A stretch of DNA of 63,796 nucleotides, filler included, from Kipferlia bialata (taxonomy: Eukaryota), in the NCBI GenBank assembly GCA_003568945.1. It is 4 parts of 4 records of this genome, joined end to end, with 100 filler letters (N's around TTAATTAATTAA, not from the genome) between each part and the next. Parts side by side here need not be neighbours in the genome. Positions count along the whole stretch, not along the records: positions 34,337 to 60,870 come from BDIP01000184.1; 3 more parts are not named here. One strand, written 5' to 3'. Numbering within the stretch: position 1 is the first letter of the stretch; each line of letters starts with the position of its first letter. Positions 40,801-55,800 of the stretch are shown one piece after another. The notes under the pieces were generated by a model. That model had not been told where the DNA came from and searched no databases. It saw only the letters and a program-made list of their open reading frames with translations. The translations under genes were made by a program, and so were the position numbers.

Positions 40801-43800
40801 AATGCAAGACGTCGAGTATATGCTACTATGATGTATATATGTTTATACATACATGGTATGTATGGTATACAAATAATACTAACCCCTTCAGGACCAGAGG
40901 ATGCAGGACGCCAAGTATGAGAGAGAGAGAGTATCATCAACCAGACGTAGCAGAAGGGGTCACGATGAGGACGAGAACATGTTCCTCACCGCTGCTGACA
41001 TGTCCTGTCCTGCCCTGGTTGGGCTGATGCCTGCACTCTGCCGCTTGTCACACAAGGTATGGCACTCTTTTCAGCATGCTGAACTGTTTTATAGGTAGGT
41101 ACTCTTTCTGTATTGTCTCAATTGGAGAGCTCATATTTCTGGTCACACATATGGTGATCTATATTATGAATACACTGCCACTAACCCCAGGCATCCCTCT
41201 CTGCCCCTCCCCCTGACGATGGCTACGAGGGTGATCAGCCTCTGACATGGAGCCACCTGGCACTGATGGCACTACTCGAAGCAAGGTATATGCTATTCTA
41301 CGCGATGATGTGTATTCCATGTAGGCTAACCTTCAGGGATGACTGGCAAAAGGACCGACGTGACCTCAGACAGTCCCAGACACTTTCGGTCAACACTCTG
41401 CCATATGTGCCAGAGAGTCGCGTAGCCAGACTTGCAAAGTATGACTGAACACATATCATAAGTCTCTCATAATTATTACGCGATTACTGACATTAGGGTG
41501 TGCTCCAAGCAGCAGAGGATAGCCCTATTTCCCACTGACATGGCGCTACTTACCTGCCCTGTCTGGCTGAGGTATGTAGTTCATGAAGAGTTACTCATTA
41601 GAATTATTTTACTATGCATAATATCCTATGGAACACTATCTTTGGGTTGGGTCCTACCACCAGGTACTCCCTGCCTGACCCTGTTGAGAACTCTGACACT
41701 CCCTATGTGACTGTACCTGTTGTACTGGGACATATAGTGGAGCCAGTGCAGACCAAGGTACTCAAGGATGACCAAAGGCTGACAGGGCCTGTGCTGCAAG
41801 GTATGAAGGGAAAACATATATCCTGTCTTCGAGGGCGACAGGGCCCTGGTTGCCCTGATATACTCTACTGTATATAGTATGTACATACTCACACCAGGTT
41901 GTGTTACCCGTATCATGACCCATGCCCTCCAAGACACCCTGGCTGCATGTGTGGCACATGCGAAGCAGAAGGTACTATGTGGTATTTGTTGTTACTTTTG
42001 GAAGATACATGTCTATATATATAGGTAGTTGTGGTGTTCCATGTCCTGTAAGACACCCTTGCTGTATGTGTGGCACATGCTTAGCAGAAGGTATTGAATA
42101 TATGCAGATCATACATATTATTGATGAACATTCATACTTTCAAAGTATGTATGTAGGCCGTCTATCTCTAACACTAGGCAACCAATGGGGCTACTCCCAC
42201 TGAGGATCCTGACACCCCTGCTCGCAAGTCCCAGTCTCGGAGGGTGAGGAGCAGACACAACAGTCCAGGTGACGACATATTAGAAATGTATTTGCACATA
42301 GATCATCTGCCGTCAGACTCTCTCCCCCTCTCTATATAGATATTTATATATATATTGTTTAAACATATGTTTGAATACACCTAACCACAGGCACGAACCT
42401 CCTAGACGTCGAGGACGAGAGAGAGAGAGAGCAGCGCAGGAGGGATGCCATACCCACTGTGGAGCACTGGACACACCAGAAGTGCAGAGATTTAACGCAC
42501 AACATGCTATTCGTGGTGTTCCCTGAGGTATGTTCCATAGTATACTGTATATGTATGCCCATCAGAAATGCAGGACTATAACGCTATACCAGTTTGTTGT
42601 CTTCCCGGAGGTATATACTGAAAATGTTTTATCCATATTGGGTTCTTTACCTACAGACTGCACAGAAGTATTGTATGACTTTTCTTACGCGATTACTGAC
42701 CCCTTTAGGAGGAGGAGCAGACCATGAATGACATGCTGGACGGAGAGGAGTCTCGGTCGTCAGATGAGTCTCCACTGGTCAAGCGCAGGATCAAGAGAGG
42801 TCGTCAGGACAAGAACCACATCACGTGCTGCGGAACTATGCGATACCAGGTATATTGGGGTTAACTGGGAAGATTAGTGACATTCTGTCTATTTCCTGTC
42901 TTCCCTGATATATGTACTTGCCATTCTGCTTAATTATAGTTTCTATTCCTATTAATGATTTCAATATAGTTTCATTCCTATTAGTGATTCTTTACTCCCA
43001 GGTTGCCAGGTCCATTCTATTCCTCTTGGGTGACATTGAGAACGCATTCTTAAAGAGGTGAAATGCATTGTATTCTCAAATTTTATCTCTTTACTTTGTA
43101 CACTACTATATATTCAGTTGCAAACATTGCTGTTGCCTCACTCCAGGCCCAGGGATGGTCCTGGGACTTTGACTCTTCCAGTACATAAACAACTATCTTA
43201 ATATCGTTCTATAATAAATAGTAGACTACTGATAGTAGTGTATATGGTTTCTCACAACAGATCCAGGGATGGCCTGGGTCTTGGCCTGCTGACATCATCA
43301 TTGGACCCAGCTGTGAGGATGGGAGGTATATCTATAAGTATGAAATAATATATATTATTAGTATAGTGATGACAGTGAGTGTTGGACTCAGTCTTCACGG
43401 CGGTAGATATTTGTCTCAATATCGGTTTCTTTCCTATGTGTCTCATCACTTGTCATATTTGCTCTTCGAAAAAGGCTAAATCACGGTCGTCAACGTATAT
43501 CTCCCTAGATCTCACCCTTTAGGCGTCTGCGCTCTTCTGGAGTATGCCTCAAAGAGACCCACTGATGAGTTTGTACAGGAGTGCATCGGCAAGATGTGCT
43601 CTGTGGCCACGTCAGTACTCCTACCTAAGGTTTGTATATATTATATATTAATATATATGTCTGCATGCACAATCTGTCCTCCTTCCTAAGGTTTGTATAC
43701 TCCACGTTCTCTATAGATTTACAGTGAACATAATATTTTGTGAAAGTGACTAGTGTTCCCATACTTATCCCAGGTCTTCAAGGTGGATAGGAGGGATGGC

Positions 43801-46800
43801 ACAAAGACTGAGGTCCCCGAGGAGTTGGATGCCGTGACTGTGTCTGTGGTGTGGCTCTTGAGGATGAGTCTACCGGTGTTGACAGGTATTTTATCTATCT
43901 CAACCTTCCATGGTGACATTCTAGTCTTCGGCGGTATTCACTGAATAGTATTCACTGAATCTGACAGTGTTATACTAACCCCATCAGGTGGTGTGGCTTC
44001 CATTGTCCGGTCTGCTGTTCTCAAGGCCACCACATCCAGAGACAGGGACAGAGTGCTAAAGTAAGTACTATAATGGTATTCAGCATTTGCTGAGAATGTG
44101 CTGAACCCTGTCACTTGGTAACTCTGCTATTGGCCTTCAGTTAAAGATTGCAAATTGCATATCTGACCCCAAGATATGACTCTGTCAGAGCCATGTTAGC
44201 TGCTAGTGAGAATGACAATGAAGGAGAGAGAGATACAGGCCTAGCCAGACTGGTACTACCAGCAGCCACAGCCATGGTGGAGAGTGGGCATAGCCTATAT
44301 AGGTGTGTAGTATGGTATACATATTATATATATATGTATATATAGTGTATGGAGTGTTACAGCCATAGCCATGGTGGAGAGTGGGCATTCATTGTATCGG
44401 TGAGTAATATGATATGTTAAGAGAATTTGTATTTATATCTTTATGGAGCTTCTCCCCGCGTGTCACTGCCATGGTTGAGAGTATACACAGTCTGTATAGG
44501 TTAGCCATAGTACTATGTTCACACACTGTCTATATATATTAGAGGTGTTGTATGACTTTCTTAACCCCCAGGGTCCACTCCGACTCCCAAGGCCTCCCCC
44601 CTGACCAGGATGTGTGGGGCATGGTAGACACAGATACACACGTAGGACAGGTGAGGGATGAATTTACACTGTAGATTTATACTGAATGGTGAAGCAATAC
44701 CTTATCTCCCCCCTGACCAGGATGTGTGGGGTATGGTGGATGGCAACACACACGTGGGACAGGTGGGAGATGTAATATGACTATAGACTTATACTATAGT
44801 ATAGTGTAGTTGTATCGTATCTCCCCCCTGGCCAGGATGTTTTGGGCATGGTAGACACAGACACACACGTGGGACAGGTCATATGCCGTCTATATGTAGT
44901 ACTTTACAGCACGCACTCTTCATGTAATATCCAACGTGCAGGTCTTCCGCATCGCTGTGTCCTGTCTCTCCAGACAGCAGCAGCCCATGCCGGCCATACA
45001 GGCATACAGGTATGATACCAGTCTATATATTTTAGCTATATTCATCAATATATACACCTACAATGGTTATTGTTCTGCTTCCTGCTATTTAACCATCAGG
45101 AAGAGTGTGTTGCGCAAGGCCAGAGACGCTGCCAGAGCATCAAGGTATGGTCAATAAGCGATGCTTTATACAATCTGTGACGGTCAATTCATTTTCCTTC
45201 TGTTTCATTTCTTATCAAATAGGAAGGCCACCGCTGCCCCTGAGACTGGTGTCAAGAGACCCTCTAGGGGCAGACCTACGAGAAGGGCATCAACTAGAGG
45301 AAGTAGGGCCAAGAGGCGACCCACCCAGTCTGACCCATACATTGACACACTGAGCAAGGGACTGGGCCTGGCATTTGAGGTGTGTATGAGTATTCTGAGT
45401 ACATGTATTTGATGGTTGTGGTGATATTTAAGTTCTTAGTCACACCCAGGCTCAGTCCCAGGATGTTGATGAAGATGACAGTCACGAGGAGTCAGAGGCA
45501 GAGTCAGAGGGAGAGGGGGAGGGAGAGAGTGGTGTTGCAGGATGCACAGCTGGCAGTGTGTGCGTGGGTGTCCTGCTTGCTGCATGTGCAGTCTCCATGC
45601 TAGGTGTGTCTGATATATCATCCATAAACCATGAATCATTCACTTTCTCTCTCTTTGGTAGAGATACTATTTGGTCGACTGACGTGAAATGGGTTATTGA
45701 AATGGGTATTTTAATGGTTGATTCTTCCTTCTGTCTCTTACCCTAGGCATCCCAGACTATGTGCTGCAGTACTTCCCAGCAGAGAAGGACGCCCCTGAGG
45801 TACGTGGACCTGTAACATCTAAGTACTCACAGTTTGATACACTCACACTATGCTTTCCTCTAAGCTTGACACTGTATCCTTGCCCGAGACTCTAGAGTTT
45901 TCATGTACTCAATTACGATACTACGCATTACGTACTCACTCTAGGTTGACACTGTCACCTTGCCCAAGACTATAGAGGGCATGGATAGCATCTGCCAACA
46001 GATGCAGCCATCGGAGTTATATGCATTCACCAACCAGCTTAAGGTTTGTGTGTCCACTGTAGTGCTACTTGGTACATTCTACCTTTTCATATATACTGGA
46101 TACAAATACTATGTCATTCTGACTCGAGATCCTGCTCCATGAGGCAGAGTCCTCCCCAGATTCACCTCTTGCACAGCTGTGTGCTATAGGTAGCGCCATC
46201 CACTCACTAGGACTGTCAAGGTAGGCATGGTGGTATCTCTGTCCATATGAGAGTATTACCCACAAGTACAGGTGTTTGCCCATATACATGAATATCTTCC
46301 CTCCATCCCAATGATTGGTGGATGTTTCTCACTTCCAGGTGGCTGTATCCCAATGGCACATGGTCCGTTGTGGAGGCAGTGTCCACCCTGGTACAGTCAC
46401 AGTATATGGAGGGCGCCACCATATCCACACATACCAACACCCCACTAGACACAATGTCGGAAAGTGTTCTAACCATTGATGGTGTCTATCAGTACGACCT
46501 GGATGAGCAAGAGGGAGAAGAGAGAGAGAACGCCAGTGCCAAGCCTCCGTCGAGGTCACTTACGGCAGTCATTTGTAGTCTATTGACTGACGTTCATACA
46601 GCTATAGTGGATCACGAGTCACAGGCAGAGAGAGAGAGACTGGCCAAGGCCGCAGAGGAGGCAGACGTGGTAGAGATCATTCCATCTAGTGGTGCCTCGC
46701 CTGAGGATGATAACACTCCTGGCATCCCATCCTTCACAGCTGCCAACAGTGTTGCATGCCTACTAGATGCATTGAGCGTGTACAGGGATAGGGTGGGTAC

Positions 46801-49800
46801 ACCTTGTCAGCTTCTGATGCAGGGTGCTGCTAGGATACTCCAGACACCCACTGGTATGAGAGTGGGTGCATGTGTAGGAGAGGTATCAGCTGCATTCACT
46901 GGCGTCACCTTGGATGAGAGCACTGTAGACCCTGAGACAGCTATGGCCAAGTATGAGGCCTGTCTATCTACTCACAGAGACTCGTGTGTGATATTCCACC
47001 ACCTATCAGCACAGTACGGCATAGCTAGGGGAGAGGGGGTGCTACGCTGCCTATCAGCGAGGATCACTAGAGGGGACTTTTTCAAGGACTTAGACGCTGA
47101 GACGTGTGTGCCCTTACTCGCTGGCCTATCACACGTTCTCAATGGTGTATCCAGGGGAAGTGTGATAGAGAGAGAGTTGGTAGGGAGTATGACTGATGCT
47201 CTCTCCCTCATTGACGCACATGGTGGCCACCATACAGATGCGCTGTCTCTCTCTCTTCCTCACCCCTTGAGCGGTGTGCAGAGAGTGACCTTCAACACAT
47301 CAGAGTACCCGGAGAGTAGTGACACTCTGAAGAGGTACGAGATTTGTAGTATACTATTATTGTCAATATACATATTGCTCATGTTGGTATAGTCTTCTAG
47401 TACTAACCACCAGATACATGCGGTACTCGGATGCCGCTGATGACGCCGCAGTGGTCTGCAACGAGCTCATAGAGGTACCACAATACAAAATTTTAATGTT
47501 TAAGTGTTTCTTTCGCTACATGATTCACTAATTCCAGGCTAACAGGCTCTGCGGTGATGATGGGGAGGCAGATGCCCACCTTGCATTGACCGATACTCTC
47601 CTGGCAGAGGTGTGTATACTTAGACAAATACCATGTAATTCCTGTGAAATGGTTTATGATTCAGTACACCTCTCACTGTTGTCACATTGAACACCTTACT
47701 CTTCTAACTCAGAACTCCGTCCTTAGCCGTCTCACACCCGCCACTAGCAGCATATGCTCTCTCTCCACCTTGGTAGAGAGTATGTGCCGCCAATCTGGCT
47801 CTGAGGGTGTAGAGGCTGCTAAGGCCGTGATCCGTGTCATCGTTCCTGCCTCTGAGCTCACCGGATACATCGGTGTACCTACCACACCGGCTACCACCCC
47901 TCCTGCTTCTATTGAGAGTGATGGTGTTAGTGATGCTGTCTCGGTTTATAACACCTGGCTAAGTGGTGTGTGTGCTATTCTTAGAGAGAGAGCCGGTCTT
48001 GGTTGGCTGGCCTCCCTGGCCCCTTTCTCCCCCTATGCTGCTGAGTGGCTAGTCAAGTATGGCATATTCAGACTGACGTACCCCCTGTCATGCTGTGTGT
48101 TGAAGGTATAGTCATAGTGCTATTATTGATACTATTGATAAGAGTAACTGCATAGGATTGAATTCTCATCGTGACAACATCGGCAACAATATAATAATGA
48201 ACATTATATTGACATCTATATGATATATTGACTTACCCCTAGGGCACAGACAGGACCGAGGTCCTTGGCCAGATATTCAGTGTTGTGACTGGTGACTCAG
48301 CTGGTGACAACTCCCTTGTGGTACCTGTCCTGGCTGATGCCTTGGTGTATGTGGGACATATGATGTTAACGGCTAAGGTATGAATATAGAGTGCTATACT
48401 ATATATATACACTCTCTACACAATTGGTATTGTACATCTCCTGGCCGATGCCCTAGTCTATGTGGGACATATGATGCTCACGGCCAAGGCTTGTGTATAT
48501 GTTGTGTATATGCAGTATAGAGTAATAGTGTTTATATACATAGCATATAGTACTTATCTTGGTATACATGCTGCTCACTGCCTATATCAAAGTTGTATTT
48601 CTGTTATTGATGTCTATTAGAGCGATCATTGCTCACCGCAGACCTTTATCCACCGAGGCCTCAACGCATACATGAACGGGCAGCCAAACGATCCATCCAA
48701 GGTATGACACTTACTCTAATAGCGATAGTACCTGCATTATGACTCTAATGGATATTAGAGTTGCAATTGTCAGTACTTGTCTCTTACCCTCAGGACATTG
48801 GCCGCATCATCACCAACTACTCTCTCAACCTGTACCTCCCCTTCGGTGTCCCCTTGTCCATCTCCACCGCTGTGGCATCAGCCGCAATAGAGTCTGGATA
48901 CAACCACGTAGCAGGATGGATCACAGAGAGCCTCGGGTACCACATTGAGAGGGTTAGTACTATCGCGTTGTATTCGGTATCTAAATAGTTTATCGTGTAG
49001 AATAAGGCCCTTCCTGATACCAGATTGAGTGGCAGAGACAGGCTGTCTCTGGGTCGCCTACCATTAAGGGCGCACTTGTAGATGATGTGTTGGTCGACGC
49101 CCTTCAGGTGAGTATGTGTATGGTCTTACACTATGCTAGAGTACCAGGTCTTACTCGATGGGACTTCTGGATCTCTTCTAATGCACCAGGCTATCAACCG
49201 TCAGCACCAACTGGGAGCACGGGTGGTTAGGCAGCTAGTCAAGGTATCTGGTGTAGTGTATGCATGCGGGTATTTCCGTAGTATTCTCTCTCTGATCTAT
49301 ATGTATTAGTATGTGTCTGTGTTAATGTATGTAAACAAACCACCAGGTCATGCACCAGATGCCCGCTGCCTCCGACCCCTCGTTAGTCAGTGCAGACAAC
49401 CCCACTGCAGCTGATATTGCTGCTCTTACCTCCAGGGCACTGCTGCACACATCGCCAGAGGTATTCTATATCTATATATATATCACCCTTCTCGCCTCCT
49501 GTATGTGTTTGGTCAAGAACTGCAATGTCCTATGTATATAATCGTGTGTCTCACATTCAGGATTGTGTTTCAGATTCACCGTCACGGACACAATCCGCCA
49601 CTGGTGGATATCTCGCTAGATTCGACACTGATGACGGAGTCGAGCCAGTGCAGGAGCGGCTGAGAGCGCTTACCTACCAGGTGTATCATACACATCTCTT
49701 TGTTTTGAGGAATAGTGAACATCTATTGTTCCGACATGTAGAGAGACTCGCAATTGTATTACCAACCTTCTATATGAAAGTCCAGTCACATATTCTCTCG

Positions 49801-52800
49801 CTGACTCCCAGTCCGAGCTCTCCATGGCGCTTGGCAAGCACGCTGATGCCCTAGAGACATGGGATCAGGCTCTCACTCTCTCTCTCTCCCACGGTGGAGA
49901 GACAAGCTCCCAGCCACTCTCTCTTCCCTCTCTCACACCCACCATATCCATGAGTACTGACAGAGGAGAGAGTGTGAGGGAGAGAGATACCTCAGCAGAG
50001 GCCGGTCTCAGGCAGTGTCTGCTCTACAGTGGAAACAGCTACCTCCACCAGAGGCTAGGCCGTGACATGCAAGCGAGTAGAGACGCCGTGTACGTCCCAG
50101 ACTGGCGTTTCACCCATGACCCTCAGACAACGCCTCCATTCCCCACAACTGCCAATACAGCCTTCACAGCTATAGTGGGTGCTACAGTGTCTAGAGATGC
50201 CAATCGGGCACTAGCCGCGCTGCATAGCGGTAGGTCGGCTGTACTAGAGGCCATTACTCACACTAAGGGAGGTAGTGATGTGGGTATGGCTGGTGTCTCC
50301 TCTACCTCCTGGGCGGGTGTGTTTAGGGAATGTACAGCAGAAGCTGGGTCTAAGAGTGCCGATCTGCAGGGTATGGGGCTAAGGTCAGCACCCACACAGG
50401 AGCTGAGGCTCAGTACTGGGTGTGTGCTTTCAGTATTAGAGGGAGAGGGAGAGAGTGATACCGATACTGGTGCTGTCAGTGCCCTGAGGTCTATTGGTCA
50501 GAGGGCCAAGGAGACATACGGGAAGCTAGGTATGGGATTCATACAACGACAAATACTATCTTTGTAGTGTACATAAATGTGTGTGAGAGAGTAACTATTG
50601 CTATAATGCTCTCACCCCAGGCATGTCACAGCTGGGCACTAGGGTACTCAGCCAGTGTGGGTTACTGTACCACTTACTCAACGGTGGGTCCGTGGGAACT
50701 GGTGATAAGGGGAGGAGTGGTGAGAGGGAGGCTCTGAGTGCCTCTCTGTCACTTACAGAGACCCCTAGGCAGGCACTGTCCTTAGAGGCAGCTAAAGGTG
50801 GATATAAGTATGGCTCTATTTCACAACAATTTATTTTGTATTCATGTGTTGATTCTTCCTGCAGAGTTACTATTCTGGCAAGAATATATGTTAATCACTA
50901 ACTCTAGCTTCGTACTCTGGCTACCTAGAGATATCCGACAAGCTGCGGAACCAGGACTATATCAAGCAGGCTGAGGATCTAGGTAAGGAGTCTACGTGAG
51001 TAGGTTGGTTCCACACAGCGTTAGAGTGTTGATTCGTATTCCTAGGTATTATAGTGTATTTGACCCTCAGGCAACCTCGACAACAGACCCTCTGCTGCGA
51101 GAGAGAGAGACTTTGGAAAGAAGAGACAGGTCTCGGAAGTGGAGGTAAGAAGCATTACTCTCTCTCTGATTTCTTACTCCTCTGGTCCTGTATATATCGT
51201 ACAAAGATATGTATTACATTCTTGAAGGTGACAGTTATCTATACAAACGAGACAGAAGCCTTCTTCGTCTTCTTGCTATCCAGTGTACTTCTTCTATATG
51301 TCCTCTAAATACTACTAACCCTAGCGCTTCCTGAACCAGACCGAGGCCCTGATCGAGAAGCGCAACTCTTTCCTCATAGATTCCCTCACTGCCTATCTGC
51401 AGCACTTTGCAAAGGGAGATATTTCAGGTATGATCTATTCACTTGGATCTTTCAACGATAGTACCTGGTATTTACGTTCTCCTTGTCTAGAAAACACCTT
51501 GGTATACTGTCATTGAAATAGTATATCTCTCTAACAGTGAGGCTCCGACTCTCTGTCTGTGTTCCGTATCATCAGACCCCTACTTGATGTCTGTGGGTCT
51601 GGCAAGACAGACAAGAGTGCTAGCACTGCAACATCACCTGGCAAGGTACAGACATATCAATACAATTTCTCTAGTTCTCTCATGAACCCTGTGTTTATGA
51701 TATTTCTACACGATGGCACTCACGTGTTGATTTGCTATTTCTACACGATATGGACTCACGCGTAGTATGGCAGTGTCCAGAAGGACAAGGAGGTACTCAT
51801 CCTGCACAAGATGAGAAGGGTCACTAGGGACATGCTGATACACGGCATAGACCCACCAACAGCCAGGTTTGTCATATTGTCTGAGAACATCTCAATTACT
51901 CAAAGTGTCTTCTATATGAATATCATGCATATGTATTATTAGTATGAGTACGTTGCACTCTAACACCCAGCCAGGTAATCAAGCTACTGTCCGAGCACCT
52001 ACTCTCCAGAGATGGATCCCCACCACTGGTATCTAGTCACCACCTGCTACCCGCTGCAGTCATCCTGGTCACTAGGTATATATCGTGTAGTAAAGTAAAT
52101 TGTAGTGGCTTTTGTCATCCTAGCCACTGGGTATATCGTGTAGTATATCTGCATTATATGATAATGTTCACATCGTGTAGTTGGATGACTTTGTTTCTTA
52201 TGCTAGGCTGGCCTCGCAGATCCCAGCAAGTGCTCCACCTACACCGGCACCACCGGCTAGGTATGGAACAGAATGATTTGTTGTATCACTATGTACTGAA
52301 TACAGTTGGACATACATACTATATCACATACTCTCCCTATATATTTGCTGCTACTATACTTAGATTCCACTATATATATATTTATATATATATGTGCATA
52401 TTGTTACTACCAGGATGAGCTAGATGACATAGGCTGGGAGTCAATCACTACGATGGCACCATATCTCCATAATGATTGAGTGCTGCTACACATATATACT
52501 ATAATACATATATATTTATATATGTATTGATAGCAGGGATGAACTAGACGACATGGGCTGGGAGTCTATCACCACCATGGCACCAGTCTCATACAGAGGC
52601 AGGGAGAGGGAGAGAGAGAGGGAGAGAGAGAGGAAGAGGTCAAGGGAGAGAGTGCCATCCAGAAGTCCTAGGGAGTCATCTCTAGCAGCTGCCAGAGAAC
52701 TACTCAGGTACATATCCTGTACATATACTATATATACCTGTATAGAAATACTAAGGTACATGGGTACAAATTTTGTAGATACATGGAAATGAACTTTATA

Positions 52801-55800
52801 TATGCAGCTAATGTCCAGGAACGTTGTGCTTAGGATGGCCGTCGACCACCCCTTCCACGTAGTCCCACACCTGATAGCAATCGGAGGCTGTGAGGTACAT
52901 TCTGTGTGCAACCAATACCTATTAATAATCAACGTGTTCAAGATGTTAGCAAAATGTATATCATCATATCTATATATACGACATGACTCCTCTATCGCGT
53001 AACATGCAGGATGTACTGACTGATCTGTTGGGACCAGTTGGCCAAGAGATGACAGTGGATCACTCAGTGCTGGTGGCAGCCGTTCAGGGTTCGTCTCAAT
53101 TGGGTCCATTATCTAGGACTAATTATCTACTTTCTGTATCAATATCTAACTATCAGGTTGCCAGGCAGCCGTAGAGTTCTATCCTGAGGTCTTTAGACTA
53201 GGTAAGAGGAAGATATTTTTACCATAGCCGCTTCTACCAAGAATAGCGGGATCTTTTCCGTTATTGCAGAATATATATATTCATTTACAATTGTTAGTGA
53301 ATAGCGACACATAGCGAATGTATTGTTACTTACCCCAGCCACCCCCTCCAATTGTGTAATTCTATACTCTATTATACTCTCCTCAAATATGTCGCATAAC
53401 ACAAAATTAGTATTGTTACTTACCCCAGCCACCCCCTCCAAGAATGACAGTCACGTGTTCATTACATACATGTATATACACATGGTAGACTACAAGTATA
53501 TGTCGCGTCATTCTATGTATAGATAGATTACTAACCACAGCCACGCCCTCCAAGAATGACAGGCACCTATCTACACTCTTATCATACAACCCTACATAGT
53601 ATGACAACATCTCTAAGACCCAATTGTTTAGTATAGTGTGTTACTCCGTTCTAACCCAGCCACCCCCTCCAAGAATGACAGGCACCTGTCTACACGGGCC
53701 AAGAACAAGCTCAAGACACACGTCAAGACATTCAACATGGCTGTGAGGTATATATGTCTCTCTCTCTCACACACACACTCTCTAGGGGTTTCGTTACTGG
53801 ATCTCACTCCTTAGGGGCACCCGGTCTAGGACCACTGGCAGACGCAGTGGCCATCTGATAGCAGTCCCATCCTACACGGTGAGTATATGTCTAAACATAT
53901 ATTGTATACCCAAATGCTATGTGAATACTCTTACCCTCAGGTCCCTGCGAGACATGCAATCTACAAGGGCGGGAAGGTTCAGACACTTATGCAGTACAGG
54001 GTACGTACACCGCGTGAGTTATTGATATTATGTAGTAGATACTGGCATCGCGTTGTATTTCGGTAACCCCAGGATACCCCCCTTATCCGCGGAATCTCAG
54101 AGAATATTGCTGCTCTGGGTGGTGTGAATGGTAGTAAGAAGGTACAAGGTTATTGTAAAGTATAATGAATATGTGTTTAAACAGCATAAATATAGTCAGA
54201 TATTATTACATGTATAAATGTATATGCATGTATTTACTGTGATACTTCCTTACCCCTAGGTCTCTGTGCATGACACCCACGGCATGGTGCACGAGGAGTG
54301 TCTCAAGATGGGTGGGTATTGATGTATATATATATATATGTATGCGTATGCGTGTGTGTGTGTGTACCACATTATTGTAGTACATGAGTTGTATGTGTGT
54401 ATCAATTTCTGCCCACGAGGAGTGCCTCAAGATTGGTGGGCATGGGAATATGGATAGTTATACACTTCATCAATATTGATAGAGAACTAAGGCGATGATT
54501 AGATTGAAATGAACGGATTGTACCATCAATATACACATGCATCATTCTGTCATGATATACTGACCATCAGGCAAAGACGACATGCTCCAGACCAACCTCG
54601 TCATGTCCTTCTTCGACTGTGCCAATGTCATTCTCCAGAACCAGAGGGGGTTCAGTGGCACACCAGTCAGAACATACAAGGTAATACTCGATTAGTGACA
54701 AGTTACTCGTTGCCATACTCTATTAGTGGATATAGAACCAGACGGGGTTAAGTGGAACACCAGTAAGGACATACAAGGTATTACTCGATTAATGACAAGC
54801 CACTCCATACTCTTCTTTTCTCGCTTCGTGACATGCAGGTTCACCCGTTCTCCCAGAGCTCTGCCTCTTCGTGTGGAGTGCTGCAGATGGTGCCTACGTG
54901 CATATCATACCACCAGTGGCTGGAGTCAGGTGTGTTGGAGTATATACCATGAAAATAGCAATATATGGGTATATAGAATGCATTTCACAGAGTATATGTA
55001 TATATATAGTACGAATATTTATAAGTGAATGTATTGAAATAGTATAGTGCCAACGTGCTTATCGTAAAACCAGTGGCTGGAGTCAGGTATCTGGTGTGAC
55101 GCACAAAGTCACAAGTGAATCATATAACCGTCACATATATGTATATTGTAGTAAGTACATATATGCAGTAATGGGTATATTGAATATATCAGAGAAGGGA
55201 ATTATTGCATTGAAGTGTTTGTCCGCTTACCCCCAGGTGACCCCTGGAATGACGGTGTCCCTGCCTGTTCCAGATACATGCTGCCAGGTATTTTTTGTAT
55301 ATAAATGTATATATATACATAGAAGGTGGATACGTACATTGGACAAGGGTTTTATCGATACATGGAGTTCTCTGTGCCTATAGGCCTTCCTTTTCTCCCT
55401 CCTTATCTCTCCTTCTTGCGCTTTGCTGTATAGAGTCATCTGCTGACTCTTTGCCCATGCCCTCTGGGGTCTTTCTCTCCCTCTGACACCCTCTCTCTCT
55501 CCATATGGTATATGTACTTACATACTTATACAAGGCTGTATAGAGTCCTCTGCCGACTTTGCCCATGCCCTGAAGGGTCTGCAGATGCAGGGACACCAGG
55601 ACAGGGTAAGTGTATTGCTATAGACNNNNNNNNNNNNNNNNNNNNNNNNNNNNNNNNNNNNNNNNNNNNNNNNNNNNNNNNNNNNNNNNNNNNNNNNNNN
55701 NNNNNNNNNNNNNNNNNNNNNNNNNAAATATATGTATATTCATAGAATAGTATATATACACATATATACATGTATGGCAACATCCTGATCGACCAGACAA

